A DNA stretch of 64,000 nucleotides from Ignavibacteriota bacterium (GTDB taxonomy: Bacteria > Bacteroidota > Ignavibacteria > UBA10030 > CAVZMI01): positions 9,836-73,835 of the forward strand of contig CAVZMI010000012.1 of NCBI GenBank assembly GCA_963776275.1, given 5' to 3'. Shown in pieces: positions 24,169 to 35,609 of the stretch. Both the position numbers and the translations under genes were made by a program. Positions within the stretch are counted from its first letter, which is position 1. The number at the start of each line of letters is the position of its first letter. Under the pieces are notes generated by a model. The model saw only the letters and a program-made list of their open reading frames with translations. It did no database searches and was not told the DNA's origin.

Positions 24169-27100
24169 ATGAAGTCAACCATTTACAAATTGGTTGTATT
24201 TCTGGTGATGACAGCCGTACTCTTCACCTCTGGTGTGGCACTCATTCTTTTATGTATGACGAATGAGTCTTTTGCTCAAGGCGTTACGACTGCAGCTGTC
24301 AATGGAGCGGTGATCGATAAGTCGGGAAATCCTGTTGCAGGAGCAACCATTATAGGAATTCATGAACCGTCGGGTTCAACGTACGGCACAAGCAGTCGCG
24401 AGGATGGAAGATACAACCTGCAGAATCTTCGTGTCGGCGGTCCGTATAGTATAACTGTTACGCTGATTGGATACAAAGAACAAAAGAAGGATGGGATTAC
24501 CCTCGAGTTGAGTCAAAATCTTCGCATAGATTTTTCGATGGTAGAGGAAGCTGTTGTTCTTTCAGGGATGGAGGTTATCGGCGAACGAAATGCATTGATG
24601 AGCGCTTCACGGACCGGTGCAGAGACGCATGTATCGGAATTTCAAATCGAATCGTTTCCGACGATCGCAAGAAGCTTTACCGATTTTATGAAATTCACAC
24701 CGCAGTTTATCGGTAACAGTGCAGCGAACCGCCCCAATCGCTATAATAACATCCAGATCGACGGTGCGGTGAACAACGATTTGTTCGGTCTTGCGTCGAG
24801 CGGGACTCCGGGCGGTCAGGCAGGAACGACGCCGATAAGTCTCGATGCAATCCAGGAATTCCAGGTCGTCATCGCGCCATATGATGTACGCCAGGCGGGA
24901 TTCACGGGCGGCGGCGTGAACGCGATTACACGCAGTGGAACCAATACCATAACCGGTTCGGTGTTCTTCACCGGACGGAATCAGAATTGGGTCGGGACGA
25001 GTCCTGATGCAAATAAAACAAAATACGGTACATTCAGCGAGTATCAGGGTGCAATTCGTCTCGGTGGACCGATTCTGGAGAATCGGCTGTTCTTCTTTCT
25101 AAATGGTGAGATCACGCGTAAAAATCAGCCGGTCGATGTCGTTCTCGGCGGGCCGGGTATCAGCGGTTCAAATGTTTCCGCGATACCGGCCGACTCTGTG
25201 GCGAAGCTTTATAACTTTTTAATGACGAAGTATGGCTATAATGCCGGCGGTTATGATCAGTTTGCGGCAAAGCAGGAAAGCAATAAAATTTTCATTCGCA
25301 TGGATTGCAACATTTCCGATCAACATCGTCTGACGGTACGTCATAATTACGTCGATGCCTGGAACGATAATATGTCTCGTACCCTTACCGGCTTTTTCCT
25401 TGGAAACAGCGACTATGTCTTCAAGAGCACCACGAACCAGACGGTTGCTCAGCTGACAAGCTCCTTTGGTAATACGATGTCGAATGAGTTGATCCTCGGA
25501 TATACAAGTATCCGGGATCGTCGAACGACTCCAGGTTCAGCGTTCCCATCGGTTCAGATTACAATCGTCGGCAGTTCATCGATCACAATCGGTTCTGAAG
25601 AGTACTCCCCGGCCAATAAGCTGGATCAGAACATCTTCGAGCTGACGGACAACTTCACATACTTTGTGGGCGATCATGTGTTTACCGTTGGCACTCACAA
25701 TGAGTTATTCAGTTTTACCAACCTTTACATTCGTGATTTCTATGGCAGATATGTCTTTAATTCATTAAATGATTTCATCATGGGGAACAATCCATCACGC
25801 TATCAATACAGTTACTCCATAAAGCCCGGGGTTCAACAACCTGCCGCACAATTCGGCATTAATCAATTTGGTTTCTATGCACAGGATGAATGGACGGTCA
25901 TTCCGAACCTGAAACTTAACATCGGTCTCCGTATCGATATTCCGACATTCCCCGATAAACCATCGTACAATCACACTGTTGATTCTACCTTCAGCAGTCT
26001 CGGTGTGAGCACCGATAAAGTGCCGAGCGGCAAAATTCTTCTTTCACCGCGGTTGGGTTTTAACTGGGATGCTATGGGAGACCGCACAACGCAGGTACGC
26101 GGCGGCATCGGAGTTTTCTCAGGGCGAACGCCATATGTCTGGATCTCGAACCAGTATGGAAATACAGGTGTTGATTTCGGACGTTTGGATGTGTCCGGTA
26201 CAACAAAGACTCCGTTTTTTGTAGCGGATCCGCTGAATCAGCCAAAGCCCGGTTCGAGTCCTTATCTCGTTCCACAATCGACGACCGAGGTTGATTTGAC
26301 CGATCCTAATTATAAGATGCCGCAGCTCCTTCGCTATGATGTGGCCATTGACCGGCAACTTCCGTATGGTTTCACCGGAACGCTGGAAGGAATCTATTCG
26401 AATGTTTTGAATGATGTAATGTATCAGGATATCAATCTCGGCCCACAGCTCGGTACCCTGGCTGGTGATGGACGTCCTATTTATGGCGACCTTCACCGGC
26501 CGTAATACGACCGCCGGTCAGATCAACAAATCGTTCACAAACGTCATTTATATGAAGAATACGAACAGGGGATACCAGTATAATCTCACGGCACATATTC
26601 AGCGCCAGTTCTCCGATGGTTTGTTCTTCGATGCTGCCTACACTTATAATAAGGCTGAAGACGAAAACAGTGTTGTTTCAAGCCAGGCAATTTCGCAGTG
26701 GCGTTACAATCCGACGGCAGGAAATCCGAACGATCCGGGTCTCGCCCCTTCGAACTATGATGTACGTCATCACATTATTGCATCGCTTTCTTATCGGTTT
26801 GAGTACCTGGAAAAATTCGCAACAACCGTTGGATTGTTCTTCAATGCCCAATCCGGTGATCCATTCTCATACTGTGTTGATGGCGATGTCAATGCGGATG
26901 GTCAGACCAGCAACGATCTTTTTTATATACCGAAAGATAAGAACGATATCATCCTGGTAAAAAGCGGCTCGAGCGATACCCGCACGACCGATCAAATCTG
27001 GGATCAGCTTGATTCATACATAAATAACGATGATTATCTGAAAGACCATCGCGGTCAGATCATGCAGCGCAACGGCGCGCGTACATCATGGTCGAAATAT

Positions 27101-27373
27101 CTTGACCTGCGTATCACACAGGATATCCCGACCATCGAAAAGCACAATCTGCAGATCACTCTTGATATTTTAAATGTCTTGAATCTTCTGAACCATGATT
27201 GGGGGTACATCAGGTATGTGCCGAATCAAAGTGATCTCCTTGTACGATTCGAAGGCCTTGATGCGGCCAACCAAAAGGCGACTTATAGTTTTAAACATGC
27301 TCCGGATCCGTACCAGACATCGCAATTGAGCTCACGCTGGCAAATGCAGCTCGGTGTTCGATATTCGTTCTAG
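24169..27373 (+). CDS. TonB-dependent receptor, Oar-like (frameshift near 26490)
   Basis: LRVGGPY, IDGAVNNDLFGL, APYDVRQAGFTGGGVNAITRSG, C-terminal QLGVRYSF. Confidence 0.9.
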
Positions 27374-27393
27374 CCCTCAATATATATTCTTTC

Positions 27394-27429
27394 AAAAAGC
27401 CGATCTCCCCTTCAGAGGTCGGTTTTTTT
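27394..27429 (+). terminator. Rho-independent terminator
   Basis: AAAAAGCCGATCTC-loop-GAGGTCGGTTTTTTT. Confidence 0.75.
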
Positions 27430-27504
27430 GCGTCTTGACCCCCTCGACTCGTTCACTGCGTTCACTCGCTCCACGAAGTGGTACTTTAGTGCGGGGTAAA
27501 CTCA

Positions 27505-27652
27505 ACCTTTACCTTTACCTTTTCCTCTACCTTTTCCTCTACCTTTACCTTTTACTTTACCTTTTACTTTACCTTTTACTTTACCTTTTACTTTACCTTT
27601 TACTTTACCTTTTACTTTACCTTTTACTTTACCTTTTACTTTACCTTTACTC
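27505..27652. repeat. Pyrimidine-rich tandem repeat (12-bp unit ACCTTTTACTTT and variants)
   Basis: Visible tandem array; gives spurious LLYL ORF. Confidence 0.95.
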
Positions 27653-27767
27653 TTCCTCATTGACTTTTGATCGTTTTTTTAATAACTTTTTAGAAGTATT
27701 TTATTGCATGGTTGATATGTGGTGCAACCTTGAATACTAAATCGTTGTTGGGAGAGTAGAGGCACGA

Positions 27768-28124
27768 ATGCTTGAGAGTTATATTCCCATTATGATTATG
27801 CTCGGTGTTGGAGTACTGATGGCGCTTATCTTCTCCAATGCAAGCACGCTTTTCGGACCGAAGCGCCCGACCGAAGAAAAATATTCCACATACGAAAGCG
27901 GAATGGAACCGGTCGGAACAACGAAGGAACGAATATCGGTGAAGTATTACATGGTCGCCATGCTCTTCATCGTTTTTGATATTGAAGTAATCTTTCTCTA
28001 TCCATGGGCAGTAAATTTCAGGCTTCTAGGTCTTTTTGGTTTTGTTGAAATGTTCATTTTTATACTGATCCTTCTTGTGGGGTATTATTATATATTGAAG
28101 AAAGGTGCGTTGCGATGGGATTAG
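27768..28124 (+). CDS. nuoA: NADH-quinone oxidoreductase subunit A
   Basis: [28 protein letters not shown]. Confidence 0.95.
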   Translation: MLESYIPIMIMLGVGVLMALIFSNASTLFGPKRPTEEKYSTYESGMEPVGTTKERISVKYYMVAMLFIVFDIEVIFLYPWAVNFRLLGLFGFVEMFIFILILLVGYYYILKKGALRWD

Positions 28125-28612
28125 AAGGACACGATCCGTTGAAGAATGGATTTCTTACAACCCGTCTGGATGCACTGCTCGCCTGGGCGCGAAAGAATTC
28201 GCTATGGCCGATGCCGATGGGTATCTCCTGCTGTGCCATCGAAATGATGGCGGTGGTCGATCCGCGGTTCGACCTGTCACGATTCGGATCGGAAGTGATG
28301 CGTTTTTCACCCAGACAGTGCGATGTGATGATTGTTGCGGGAACCGTCACATACAAAATGGCCAGGGTTGTAAAAAAGATTTACGATCAGATGCCCGATC
28401 CGAAATGGGTAATCTCGATGGGAGCGTGCGCGTCATCGGGCGGAATGTTCCGATCATACGCGGTTGTCCAGGGGATCGATCAGTTTCTTCCTGTTGACGT
28501 GTACGTCGCCGGCTGCCCGCCGCGTCCTGAGAATTTGATGAATGCCTTATTGATGCTGCAGAAAAAAATTGCGGAAGGGGAAGGCCGGATCCCGAAAACC
28601 GGTGTATATTGA
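28115..28612 (+). CDS. nuoB: NADH-quinone oxidoreductase subunit B
   Basis: [29 protein letters not shown]. Confidence 0.96.
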   Translation: MGLEGHDPLKNGFLTTRLDALLAWARKNSLWPMPMGISCCAIEMMAVVDPRFDLSRFGSEVMRFSPRQCDVMIVAGTVTYKMARVVKKIYDQMPDPKWVISMGACASSGGMFRSYAVVQGIDQFLPVDVYVAGCPPRPENLMNALLMLQKKIAEGEGRIPKTGVY

Positions 28613-28628
28613 TGAGAAGGTCGGTTAA

Positions 28629-29108
28629 ATGACATACGACGAAATACTTACGGGGGTTACTGCGAAGTTTCCATCATCGGTCATCTCCTCGAATGTATAT
28701 CGGGGCGAGCTGACGATGGTGATCCGCAAAAGCGACATCATTCAAGTATGCGAGTTTTTAAAAAATGAATGTTCGTTCGATGCATTACGTGACCTGTTCG
28801 GACTCGATATGAACACGCCCGTTGATCGGTTTTTTGTTGTGTACAATCTGTATTCTCTGGCGACACGACGCCGGATAAGGTTGAAAATCCCGGTTGACGA
28901 AAAAGATCTGAATGTCCCGACGGTCACCGGCATCTGGTCTGCGGCAAATTTTCATGAGCGGGAAGCGTATGATATGTTCGGCATAAACTTTACGGGTCAT
29001 CCTGATTTGCGCCGCATATATATGCCAGAGGATTTTGAATATTTCCCGCTGCGGAAGGATTTCCCTCTGATGGGCATTCCCGATTCGATTCCTCTTCCTA
29101 AGAAATAA
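28629..29108 (+). CDS. nuoC: NADH-quinone oxidoreductase subunit C
   Basis: EREAYDMFGI.F.GHPDLRRI, PLRKDFPL. Confidence 0.95.
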   Translation: MTYDEILTGVTAKFPSSVISSNVYRGELTMVIRKSDIIQVCEFLKNECSFDALRDLFGLDMNTPVDRFFVVYNLYSLATRRRIRLKIPVDEKDLNVPTVTGIWSAANFHEREAYDMFGINFTGHPDLRRIYMPEDFEYFPLRKDFPLMGIPDSIPLPKK

Positions 29109-29114
29109 TTCCGT

Positions 29115-30365
29115 ATGGAACAACAAAGTACGTACCGTAGTAAAATTCTCGCTGCCCTTGAAAATCAGGATACCAGCGTCATCTTCGATGATACACTCGA
29201 AAATGCCATGGTATTGAATATGGGGCCGCAACATCCGGCAACGCACGGCGTCTTACGTCTGCTCCTGCGGCTGGACGGGGAAACGGTGATAAAGGCTGTG
29301 CCAGATCTGGGGTATCTTCATCGCGGATACGAAAAGATTGCCGAGAACTCGACATATCACGAATTCATTCCGCATACCGACCGTCTTGATTATCTCTCGC
29401 CTTTATCTAATAACGTTGCCTATACACTGGCTGTCGAAAAGTTAGCCGGTATCGAAGCTCCGCCCCGTGCACAATATATCCGCGTTATCGTATCGGAAAT
29501 GGCCCGTATCGCATCGCATCTGGTTGCAGTCGGATCCATGGGTCTGGATGTCGGGGCAGTAACTATTTTGCTCTGGACATTCCGTGAGCGCGAAAAGCTC
29601 CTGGATATCCTTGACATACTAACCGGCGCCCGATTCACGAGCAGCTACGCCCGTATCGGCGGCGTGATGCAGGATCTGACGGATGAATGTATCGCAGCTT
29701 TACGATCGTTCCTCGATCAATTTCCGGCGAAACTTGATGAATGTACAGGCCTGTTGAATAAAAATAGAATTTTTGTCGATCGCTGTGATGGTATCGGAGT
29801 GATTTCGAAGGAAGATGCAATTGCGATCGGATTAACCGGACCAAATCTACGCGGTGCCGGTGTGGCTAATGATGTGCGGCGTGATGAGCCTTATCTCGTC
29901 TATGATCAACTCGATTTTGACGTGATAACGGTCGAAGGAGGAGACGCACTTGCACGATACCACGTCCGCGTTCGCGAGATGAAAGAGAGCGTCCGGATTC
30001 TCTATCAGGCGCTCGATAAACTGCCGAAAGGACCTATCCTGGCCCACGACAAGCCGAAGCGCGTTCTTCCACAGAAAGAACGCGTTTACACAAAGATGGA
30101 AGAGCTGATCCATGATTTCATGCTGGTGAATTTCGGTATCAATCCGCCGGTCGGTGAAATCTATCAGCCGTTTGAAGCGCCGAAAGGCGAACTTGGTTTC
30201 TATATCTATAGTAATGGAAGCGGATATCCATGGCGAATGAAAATTCGTTCGCCGTCGTTCGTGAATATCCAGTCGATTCCGATTGTTCTCAAAGGGGCAA
30301 TGATATCGGATATCGTTGCAGTTATAGGCAGTCTCGATCCGGTGATGGGAGATGCGGATAAGTAG
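29115..30365 (+). CDS. nuoD: NADH-quinone oxidoreductase subunit D
   Basis: NMGPQHPATHGVLRL, GYLHRG, DRLDY, EAPKGELG. Confidence 0.96.
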   Translation: MEQQSTYRSKILAALENQDTSVIFDDTLENAMVLNMGPQHPATHGVLRLLLRLDGETVIKAVPDLGYLHRGYEKIAENSTYHEFIPHTDRLDYLSPLSNNVAYTLAVEKLAGIEAPPRAQYIRVIVSEMARIASHLVAVGSMGLDVGAVTILLWTFREREKLLDILDILTGARFTSSYARIGGVMQDLTDECIAALRSFLDQFPAKLDECTGLLNKNRIFVDRCDGIGVISKEDAIAIGLTGPNLRGAGVANDVRRDEPYLVYDQLDFDVITVEGGDALARYHVRVREMKESVRILYQALDKLPKGPILAHDKPKRVLPQKERVYTKMEELIHDFMLVNFGINPPVGEIYQPFEAPKGELGFYIYSNGSGYPWRMKIRSPSFVNIQSIPIVLKGAMISDIVAVIGSLDPVMGDADK

Positions 30366-30641
30366 GTTTAAGGTTGAAGGTTTAAGGTTGAAGGTTTAAG
30401 GTTGATGTAAACTCTTCGACTCTCCACCTACGCTCCGCTGGTGCAGAGCGTCGAAGGATCGTTGAGGGCGAGAATGAAAAATTAAAAAGTAATTTATATT
30501 ATTAAGCACCAAACTCTGTGTCCTTTGTAGGCTGCCACCGTATCAGACTTTGTGTACTCTGTGGTTAAATTTTAGAATCAGCTATTTCAAATTAATAAGA
30601 CCACTAAGATCGACATGGATTTATCAAATATAATACGATAA

Positions 30642-31106
30642 ATGCTCACACAAGAAAATCTTAATAAAGTTGAAAAGATCCGGAAGCGCTACCCAACGGC
30701 GCAGGCTGCGCTTCTGCCTGTACTTTGGATAGCACATGAGCAGGAGGGATGGATCTCGGAAGAAACGATGAGATATGTAGGAGAACTCCTCGGACTTCCA
30801 TTGGCCCATATTCTCGGCGTCGTCACATTCTATACGATGTTTAATACAAAGAAGATAGGCAAATATCATATACAAGTCTGTACAAATATTTCCTGTCAGC
30901 TTCTCGGCAGTGAAACGATCATGGAATACGTTTCGAAGAAAACAGGATGCAAGAAGGGCGAGACAAGTCCTGATGGACTTTTCACACTCAGCGAAGTTGA
31001 ATGCCTCGGTTCATGCGGTACTGCACCGATGATGCAGGTCAATGATGATTATTATGAGGATTTAACGTTCGATAAAATCGATGCAATAATTGCATCGATG
31101 AAATAA
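30642..31106 (+). CDS. nuoE: NADH-quinone oxidoreductase subunit E
   Basis: VVTFYTMF, CTNISC, ECLGSCGTAPMMQVN. Confidence 0.95.
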   Translation: MLTQENLNKVEKIRKRYPTAQAALLPVLWIAHEQEGWISEETMRYVGELLGLPLAHILGVVTFYTMFNTKKIGKYHIQVCTNISCQLLGSETIMEYVSKKTGCKKGETSPDGLFTLSEVECLGSCGTAPMMQVNDDYYEDLTFDKIDAIIASMK

Positions 31107-31258
31107 GGTAGTCCCGTAGGTCTACGATCCCGACGAGTCGTAAGACCGTCGGGGGACGGAATATTTATAGACAACAATAGAAACAACGTATGAGCTCCGT
31201 CAGGAGCGACATATCAGTGCTTCATTGATTTTTTTCATTTCAATCACAGCAGGTAATC

Positions 31259-32497
31259 GTGGAAAAACTGATATTACCGGACATACCGAATCTCCATCAG
31301 ATTGATATCTATGAAGAACATGGAGGCTATTCGGCACTCCGCAAGGCATTGACCATGAAGCCCGAGGATGTGACGGAGGAGGTTAAAAAATCGAACCTCC
31401 GCGGTCGGGGAGGTGCATGCTTCCCTACGGGGTTGAAATGGACTTTCATGCCGAAGAATTCCATGAAACCGAAATATCTCTGTGTCAACGGCGACGAGAG
31501 CGAGCCGGGTACTTTCAAAGACCGGCAGATATTCGAATTCAATCCGCATTTGTTGATCGAAGGAACAATCATAGCATGCTACGCGATGGGGGTTGCCATG
31601 GCATATCTCTATATCCGCGGAGAGTATGTCAAATGGATTAAGCTGATGGAGAAAGCCATCGCCGATGCATATGCGAAAGGATACATAGGGAAAAATATTC
31701 TGGGAGGTAATTTCAGTACAGATTTTTATGTACATAGAGGAGCCGGAGCGTACATCTGCGGTGAAGAGTCTGCATTGATGAATTCGATCGAGGGAGACCG
31801 GGGATACCCGAGAGTGAAGCCGCCTTTCCCGGCTCAGAACGGATTATGGGGATGTTCCACGACGATCAATAACGTCGAGACGATTGCGAATGTGCCGATC
31901 ATTATCAACCGAGGCGCTGAATGGTACTCGGCAATCGGCGCGCCGAAACATCCGGGCCCGCTTCTATATGGTATCAGCGGACATGTGAACAAACCGGGCG
32001 TGTACGAGCTTCCGACAGGCGAACTGTTGACCGAATTGATTTACACTGTGGCCGGAGGCGTACGAGGGAATAAAAGGATTAAAGCGGTGATTCCGGGCGG
32101 TTCATCGACAATGGTTCTTCGCGGCGATCAGATCGAGGGTGTTCGGATGGATGCCGACTCCCTGAAAGCCGCGGGCTCGTCAATTGGGACAGCCGGTGTG
32201 ATCGTGATGGACGAAGATACCGATATCGTGAAGGCACTCACGCGCATTACGAAATTTTATTATCATGAGTCGTGCGGACAATGCACGCCCTGCCGCGAAG
32301 GAACCGGATGGATGCTGAAAATACTAAAACGCATTGAAGTCGGAGACGCGACTACAACCGATATCGACCTTCTTGTCGATGTTGCGAATAATATCGAGGG
32401 AAACACCATCTGTGCACTTGGAGATGCAGCCGCATGGCCGGTACAGAGCTTTGTGAAGCGGTTTAGAGAAGATTTTGAGAAAAAGGTAAAGAATTAG
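31259..32497 (+). CDS. nuoF: NADH-quinone oxidoreductase subunit F
   Basis: [41 protein letters not shown]. Confidence 0.96.
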   Translation: MEKLILPDIPNLHQIDIYEEHGGYSALRKALTMKPEDVTEEVKKSNLRGRGGACFPTGLKWTFMPKNSMKPKYLCVNGDESEPGTFKDRQIFEFNPHLLIEGTIIACYAMGVAMAYLYIRGEYVKWIKLMEKAIADAYAKGYIGKNILGGNFSTDFYVHRGAGAYICGEESALMNSIEGDRGYPRVKPPFPAQNGLWGCSTTINNVETIANVPIIINRGAEWYSAIGAPKHPGPLLYGISGHVNKPGVYELPTGELLTELIYTVAGGVRGNKRIKAVIPGGSSTMVLRGDQIEGVRMDADSLKAAGSSIGTAGVIVMDEDTDIVKALTRITKFYYHESCGQCTPCREGTGWMLKILKRIEVGDATTTDIDLLVDVANNIEGNTICALGDAAAWPVQSFVKRFREDFEKKVKN

Positions 32498-32621
32498 GTT
32501 GAGGTAGAAGAAAAGGTAAAGGTAGAGGTAGAGTTAAAGGATTTCTCTACTTTGTGTCCTCCTGATGGGATATCTTCAACGTTCTTAGTGTCCTCCGTGG
32601 TTCATCTTTATGGCAATTTCC

Positions 32622-32648
32622 GGAACATTTTAGCCGCTCATTCGTCTA
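32622..32648 (+). promoter_or_regulatory. Putative ECF-sigma (autoregulatory) promoter
   Basis: GGAAC-N16-CGTCTA upstream of the ECF sigma gene. Confidence 0.6.
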
Positions 32649-32701
32649 TTACATTGTACCATTGCAGCTAATTAGTTTGCAATAAACAAGTTAAAGTCTG
32701 G

Positions 32702-33340
32702 ATGCACTCATTACAGAATCCAATGACTGAATCCCCCGGAGAAACGCGTGGTACACAGGCCAAAGCGGCGCGGGGGGAGAACGACGCTAAGATCGACGAG
32801 CGCCTGATCCGCGATTTCCTCGATGGAAAATCCGACGCTTTCATGCATCTGGTCCAGCGTCATCAGGAACGTGTGCGCAATCTGATCTATTCGATTCTGG
32901 GATATACGCAGATCGTCGACGATCTTGCACAGGATGTGTTCATCAAAGTATATCAATCGCTCCCGAATTTTCGTTATCAGTCCTCTTTCGCCACCTGGCT
33001 CTATCGCGTCACCGTGAATCGCTGCCGGGACGAAATCAGGCGCAGCAAAGTACGCAGAATGTTCAGGCTTGAGTCGCTGCAGGAAAGGGATCATCCTGTG
33101 GAATCGGAATCGACGGATCGGACGGAGCGTATACTCGTCAATGAAGCTTTAAATGCGGCATTACGACAATTATCAGAATCTCACCGTACAATTGTTCTCT
33201 TGAAAGAAGTCGAAGGATTGCGATACGAAGAGATCGCGGAAGTATTACAGTGCGGAGTCGGGACGGTCAAGTCGCGGCTCGCACGAGCCCGCATTCGGCT
33301 GAAGCAACTTTTACAACCGTATGTGGAGGAGGAGGTATGA
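32702..33340 (+). CDS. ECF RNA polymerase sigma factor
   Basis: DDLAQDVFIK, FATWLYRVTVNRC, GLRYEEIAEVL, GTVKSRLARAR. Confidence 0.95.
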   Translation: MHSLQNPMTESPGETRGTQAKAARGENDAKIDERLIRDFLDGKSDAFMHLVQRHQERVRNLIYSILGYTQIVDDLAQDVFIKVYQSLPNFRYQSSFATWLYRVTVNRCRDEIRRSKVRRMFRLESLQERDHPVESESTDRTERILVNEALNAALRQLSESHRTIVLLKEVEGLRYEEIAEVLQCGVGTVKSRLARARIRLKQLLQPYVEEEV

Positions 33341-34998
33341 AATCGCATATTGATAAAAAAACAGAGCGGCTTCTCTCTGCCTATATCGACAATGAAATAA
33401 CGCCGGAAGAGCGCCGAATTGTTGAAGAGCAGATTCAACATAACCCGGCATGGAAGCGCGAGCTGCTACGCATGCGCCGAGTGCAGGGAATCGTCGCGGC
33501 AAAAGAACCGGTCGGACAGTCGCAATATTTCTGGACAAAGCTTTCGGCACGGATCGAGGATGAACAGCTTCATCCGAAGGAATCGTTTTTTCCGTTCCAG
33601 CGGAAGTGGCTGCCTGTGACATTAGGTGCCGGTATTGCCGCCCTACTCATCATCATTTTCACTCTTGTATACCAAAAAGAGTCGATCGTGCAGTACGTCG
33701 ATACGCAAACGTCGCAGATACGCGATTGGTACGAACAGAATATGTTAAGCGGAAAAGTAAGCACGCTTGCCAGCATGCTCTCGAACGACGATGTCTTCAA
33801 TTTCGCGATGACCGGATCGCTGCCGGTAGACAAAGCGAATGGGAAGATGCTGCAGTTCGGCGATCAGCCGTCGAACGGACATTTTGTCGAAGCCGAGAAT
33901 TCAACGCCGCAGCAGGCGAATATGACCACGGCAGCTCTTGTAAAGCGGCTCGGGCTTGACAGGTCGCAGTCGATTGCAATCGATTCGCTCCTGCAAACCT
34001 ATCGCAGTCGTCTCGAAAACAGCATGCTCGTATCGCAGGAAGCCGATTCACAGTTCATGGCAATCAACGCTGATGTATGGACGATGAATAAAGTGCTGAT
34101 GGTTGATATTGCTAAAACACTCACACATCCGCAGAGGAAGCATTTTGCAGGGATGCTCGCTTCTGCGAATGCACCTGTGAAATTAAATCTGGAAGCGCTC
34201 GATTCACCGATGACCGATACGGTGATTATTAATTTTGGGAAGAAAAGACCATCGCGCCAGTTTGTCATTATCACGCCCGATACTTTGTTTGTTAAAAACG
34301 TGACAAAACAGTTTTCAGATAGTTTTGCGGTTCGCTGCGAACAGGTGAACAATGAAGTGCGGAGACACTATGAATTGTTAGCGAAACATTCACCCGAACG
34401 CGCAGCAGATATAATTGAGAATCTGAAACGTCATCAGGCATTTCGTGATAAGGTATTTGAGAAACGAGTAGATTCATCGATTCGGCAGTATTATGCTGAT
34501 AGTCGAAGTCTCGATGATAAGATGAAAAGATCGGAAGGTGAATATCAGGATTACAATGCAGCCGTCCAACAAGCCGAGCGAATGCTGAAATCTCTTCCCG
34601 ATTCCATGACGCTGCGCATCGAGATCAACAGGCAGCTTGGTGTCATGCCGGATAGAATGACGGTCATGATGAATAATATTGTAATGACGCAGTCTCTTTC
34701 GGCGCCGCATCCGTCTGGAAATGCAAGAATGTTAAAGCCGCACCCGGTAGATTCCGGTATGATATGGCACATCCAGATGCCCGATTCGATCCGGATGGTG
34801 ATGATGCCGCGGCAGCGGGGAGTTGTTCTCGCCGGCGATCAATCGGTACAGGTCGACAGCTTTATGAAAGACGGCTATCGAAAAGTGGCGGAAATAAAAT
34901 CTATACGGTCGCGGCAGGACCTCGAAAAGCGTTTACGCCAGCTCGAAAAAGAACTACAGGAAATGAGAAAACAAATGGAGAAACTTGAGGAGCCGTAA
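33337..34998 (+). CDS. Large anti-sigma factor-like membrane protein
   Basis: Overlaps sigma stop (ATGA); LLSAYIDNEI anti-sigma-like N-terminus, single TM, long C-terminal region. Confidence 0.7.
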   Translation: MKSHIDKKTERLLSAYIDNEITPEERRIVEEQIQHNPAWKRELLRMRRVQGIVAAKEPVGQSQYFWTKLSARIEDEQLHPKESFFPFQRKWLPVTLGAGIAALLIIIFTLVYQKESIVQYVDTQTSQIRDWYEQNMLSGKVSTLASMLSNDDVFNFAMTGSLPVDKANGKMLQFGDQPSNGHFVEAENSTPQQANMTTAALVKRLGLDRSQSIAIDSLLQTYRSRLENSMLVSQEADSQFMAINADVWTMNKVLMVDIAKTLTHPQRKHFAGMLASANAPVKLNLEALDSPMTDTVIINFGKKRPSRQFVIITPDTLFVKNVTKQFSDSFAVRCEQVNNEVRRHYELLAKHSPERAADIIENLKRHQAFRDKVFEKRVDSSIRQYYADSRSLDDKMKRSEGEYQDYNAAVQQAERMLKSLPDSMTLRIEINRQLGVMPDRMTVMMNNIVMTQSLSAPHPSGNARMLKPHPVDSGMIWHIQMPDSIRMVMMPRQRGVVLAGDQSVQVDSFMKDGYRKVAEIKSIRSRQDLEKRLRQLEKELQEMRKQMEKLEEP

Positions 34999-35031
34999 CA
35001 GCTCGACCACGGCATTTCTCAAGGGGGAAAG

Positions 35032-35068
35032 GGCGCCCTAGCTGTCTATCAGGCTAGGGCGTCTTTTT
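35032..35068 (+). terminator. Rho-independent terminator
   Basis: GGCGCCCTAGC-loop-GCTAGGGCGTC followed by T run. Confidence 0.8.
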
Positions 35069-35135
35069 AAATTGTGAATTGTGAGTTGTGAATTGTGAAT
35101 GTTGATCAAAGCCTGTTAAAGGAAAATCGTTCGGG

Positions 35136-35405
35136 TTGAAATGCGATGCAATTGTTTTTCCTTAGATTGTTCCCCTTCCCGTCCTGCTTATTGCAGGACG
35201 GGACTCGGGGAACGGGCTCTTTCAACAGCCAGGTTGCCGAGCGGATTGAAGGAGCATTTTATAGAGCTAGTCGAGGCAACCATAGAAGAATCCGATTGAA
35301 ATGCGATGCAATTGTTTTTCCTTAGGATGTTCCCCTCGGCTAGCAACCGAGATGGCTTGTTATATCCGCTCGGGGGGTGGCTCTTTCAACAGCTAGGTTC
35401 CCGAG
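35136..35405. repeat. Tandem ~100-bp direct repeat pair (possible MITE ends)
   Basis: 30-bp identity 35136-35165 / 35296-35325, then GGCTCTTTCAACAGC at 35215 and 35379. Confidence 0.75.
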
Positions 35406-35609
35406 TCCAATCCTGACGATCTATACTAAATACGCTATGACACGGCTTAGAGATAAGCGAGACGGAAGTCGAGGATCCGGTATTCACCAAGGGGGTGTTG
35501 TATTTGTACGGGAAACTTTTATCTTCATAGCGTATCCTCTTTATAAATAAGGCATTCTCCAATTTATCATGGATAGGTATCGGCATTCTGAACTTCTTAC
35601 AGGGGATCT

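Noticed and set aside
276-27373. Frameshifts in pilO, pilQ, hemL, hemE, hemD, hemC, dipeptidase and TonB receptor as pseudogenes or programmed frameshifting
   Set aside because: Scattered single-base indels in essential, otherwise intact genes are best explained by long-read sequencing error.
27354-27740. 128-aa ORF with LLYL repeats
   Set aside because: Translation of the 12-bp tandem repeat; overlaps a terminator.
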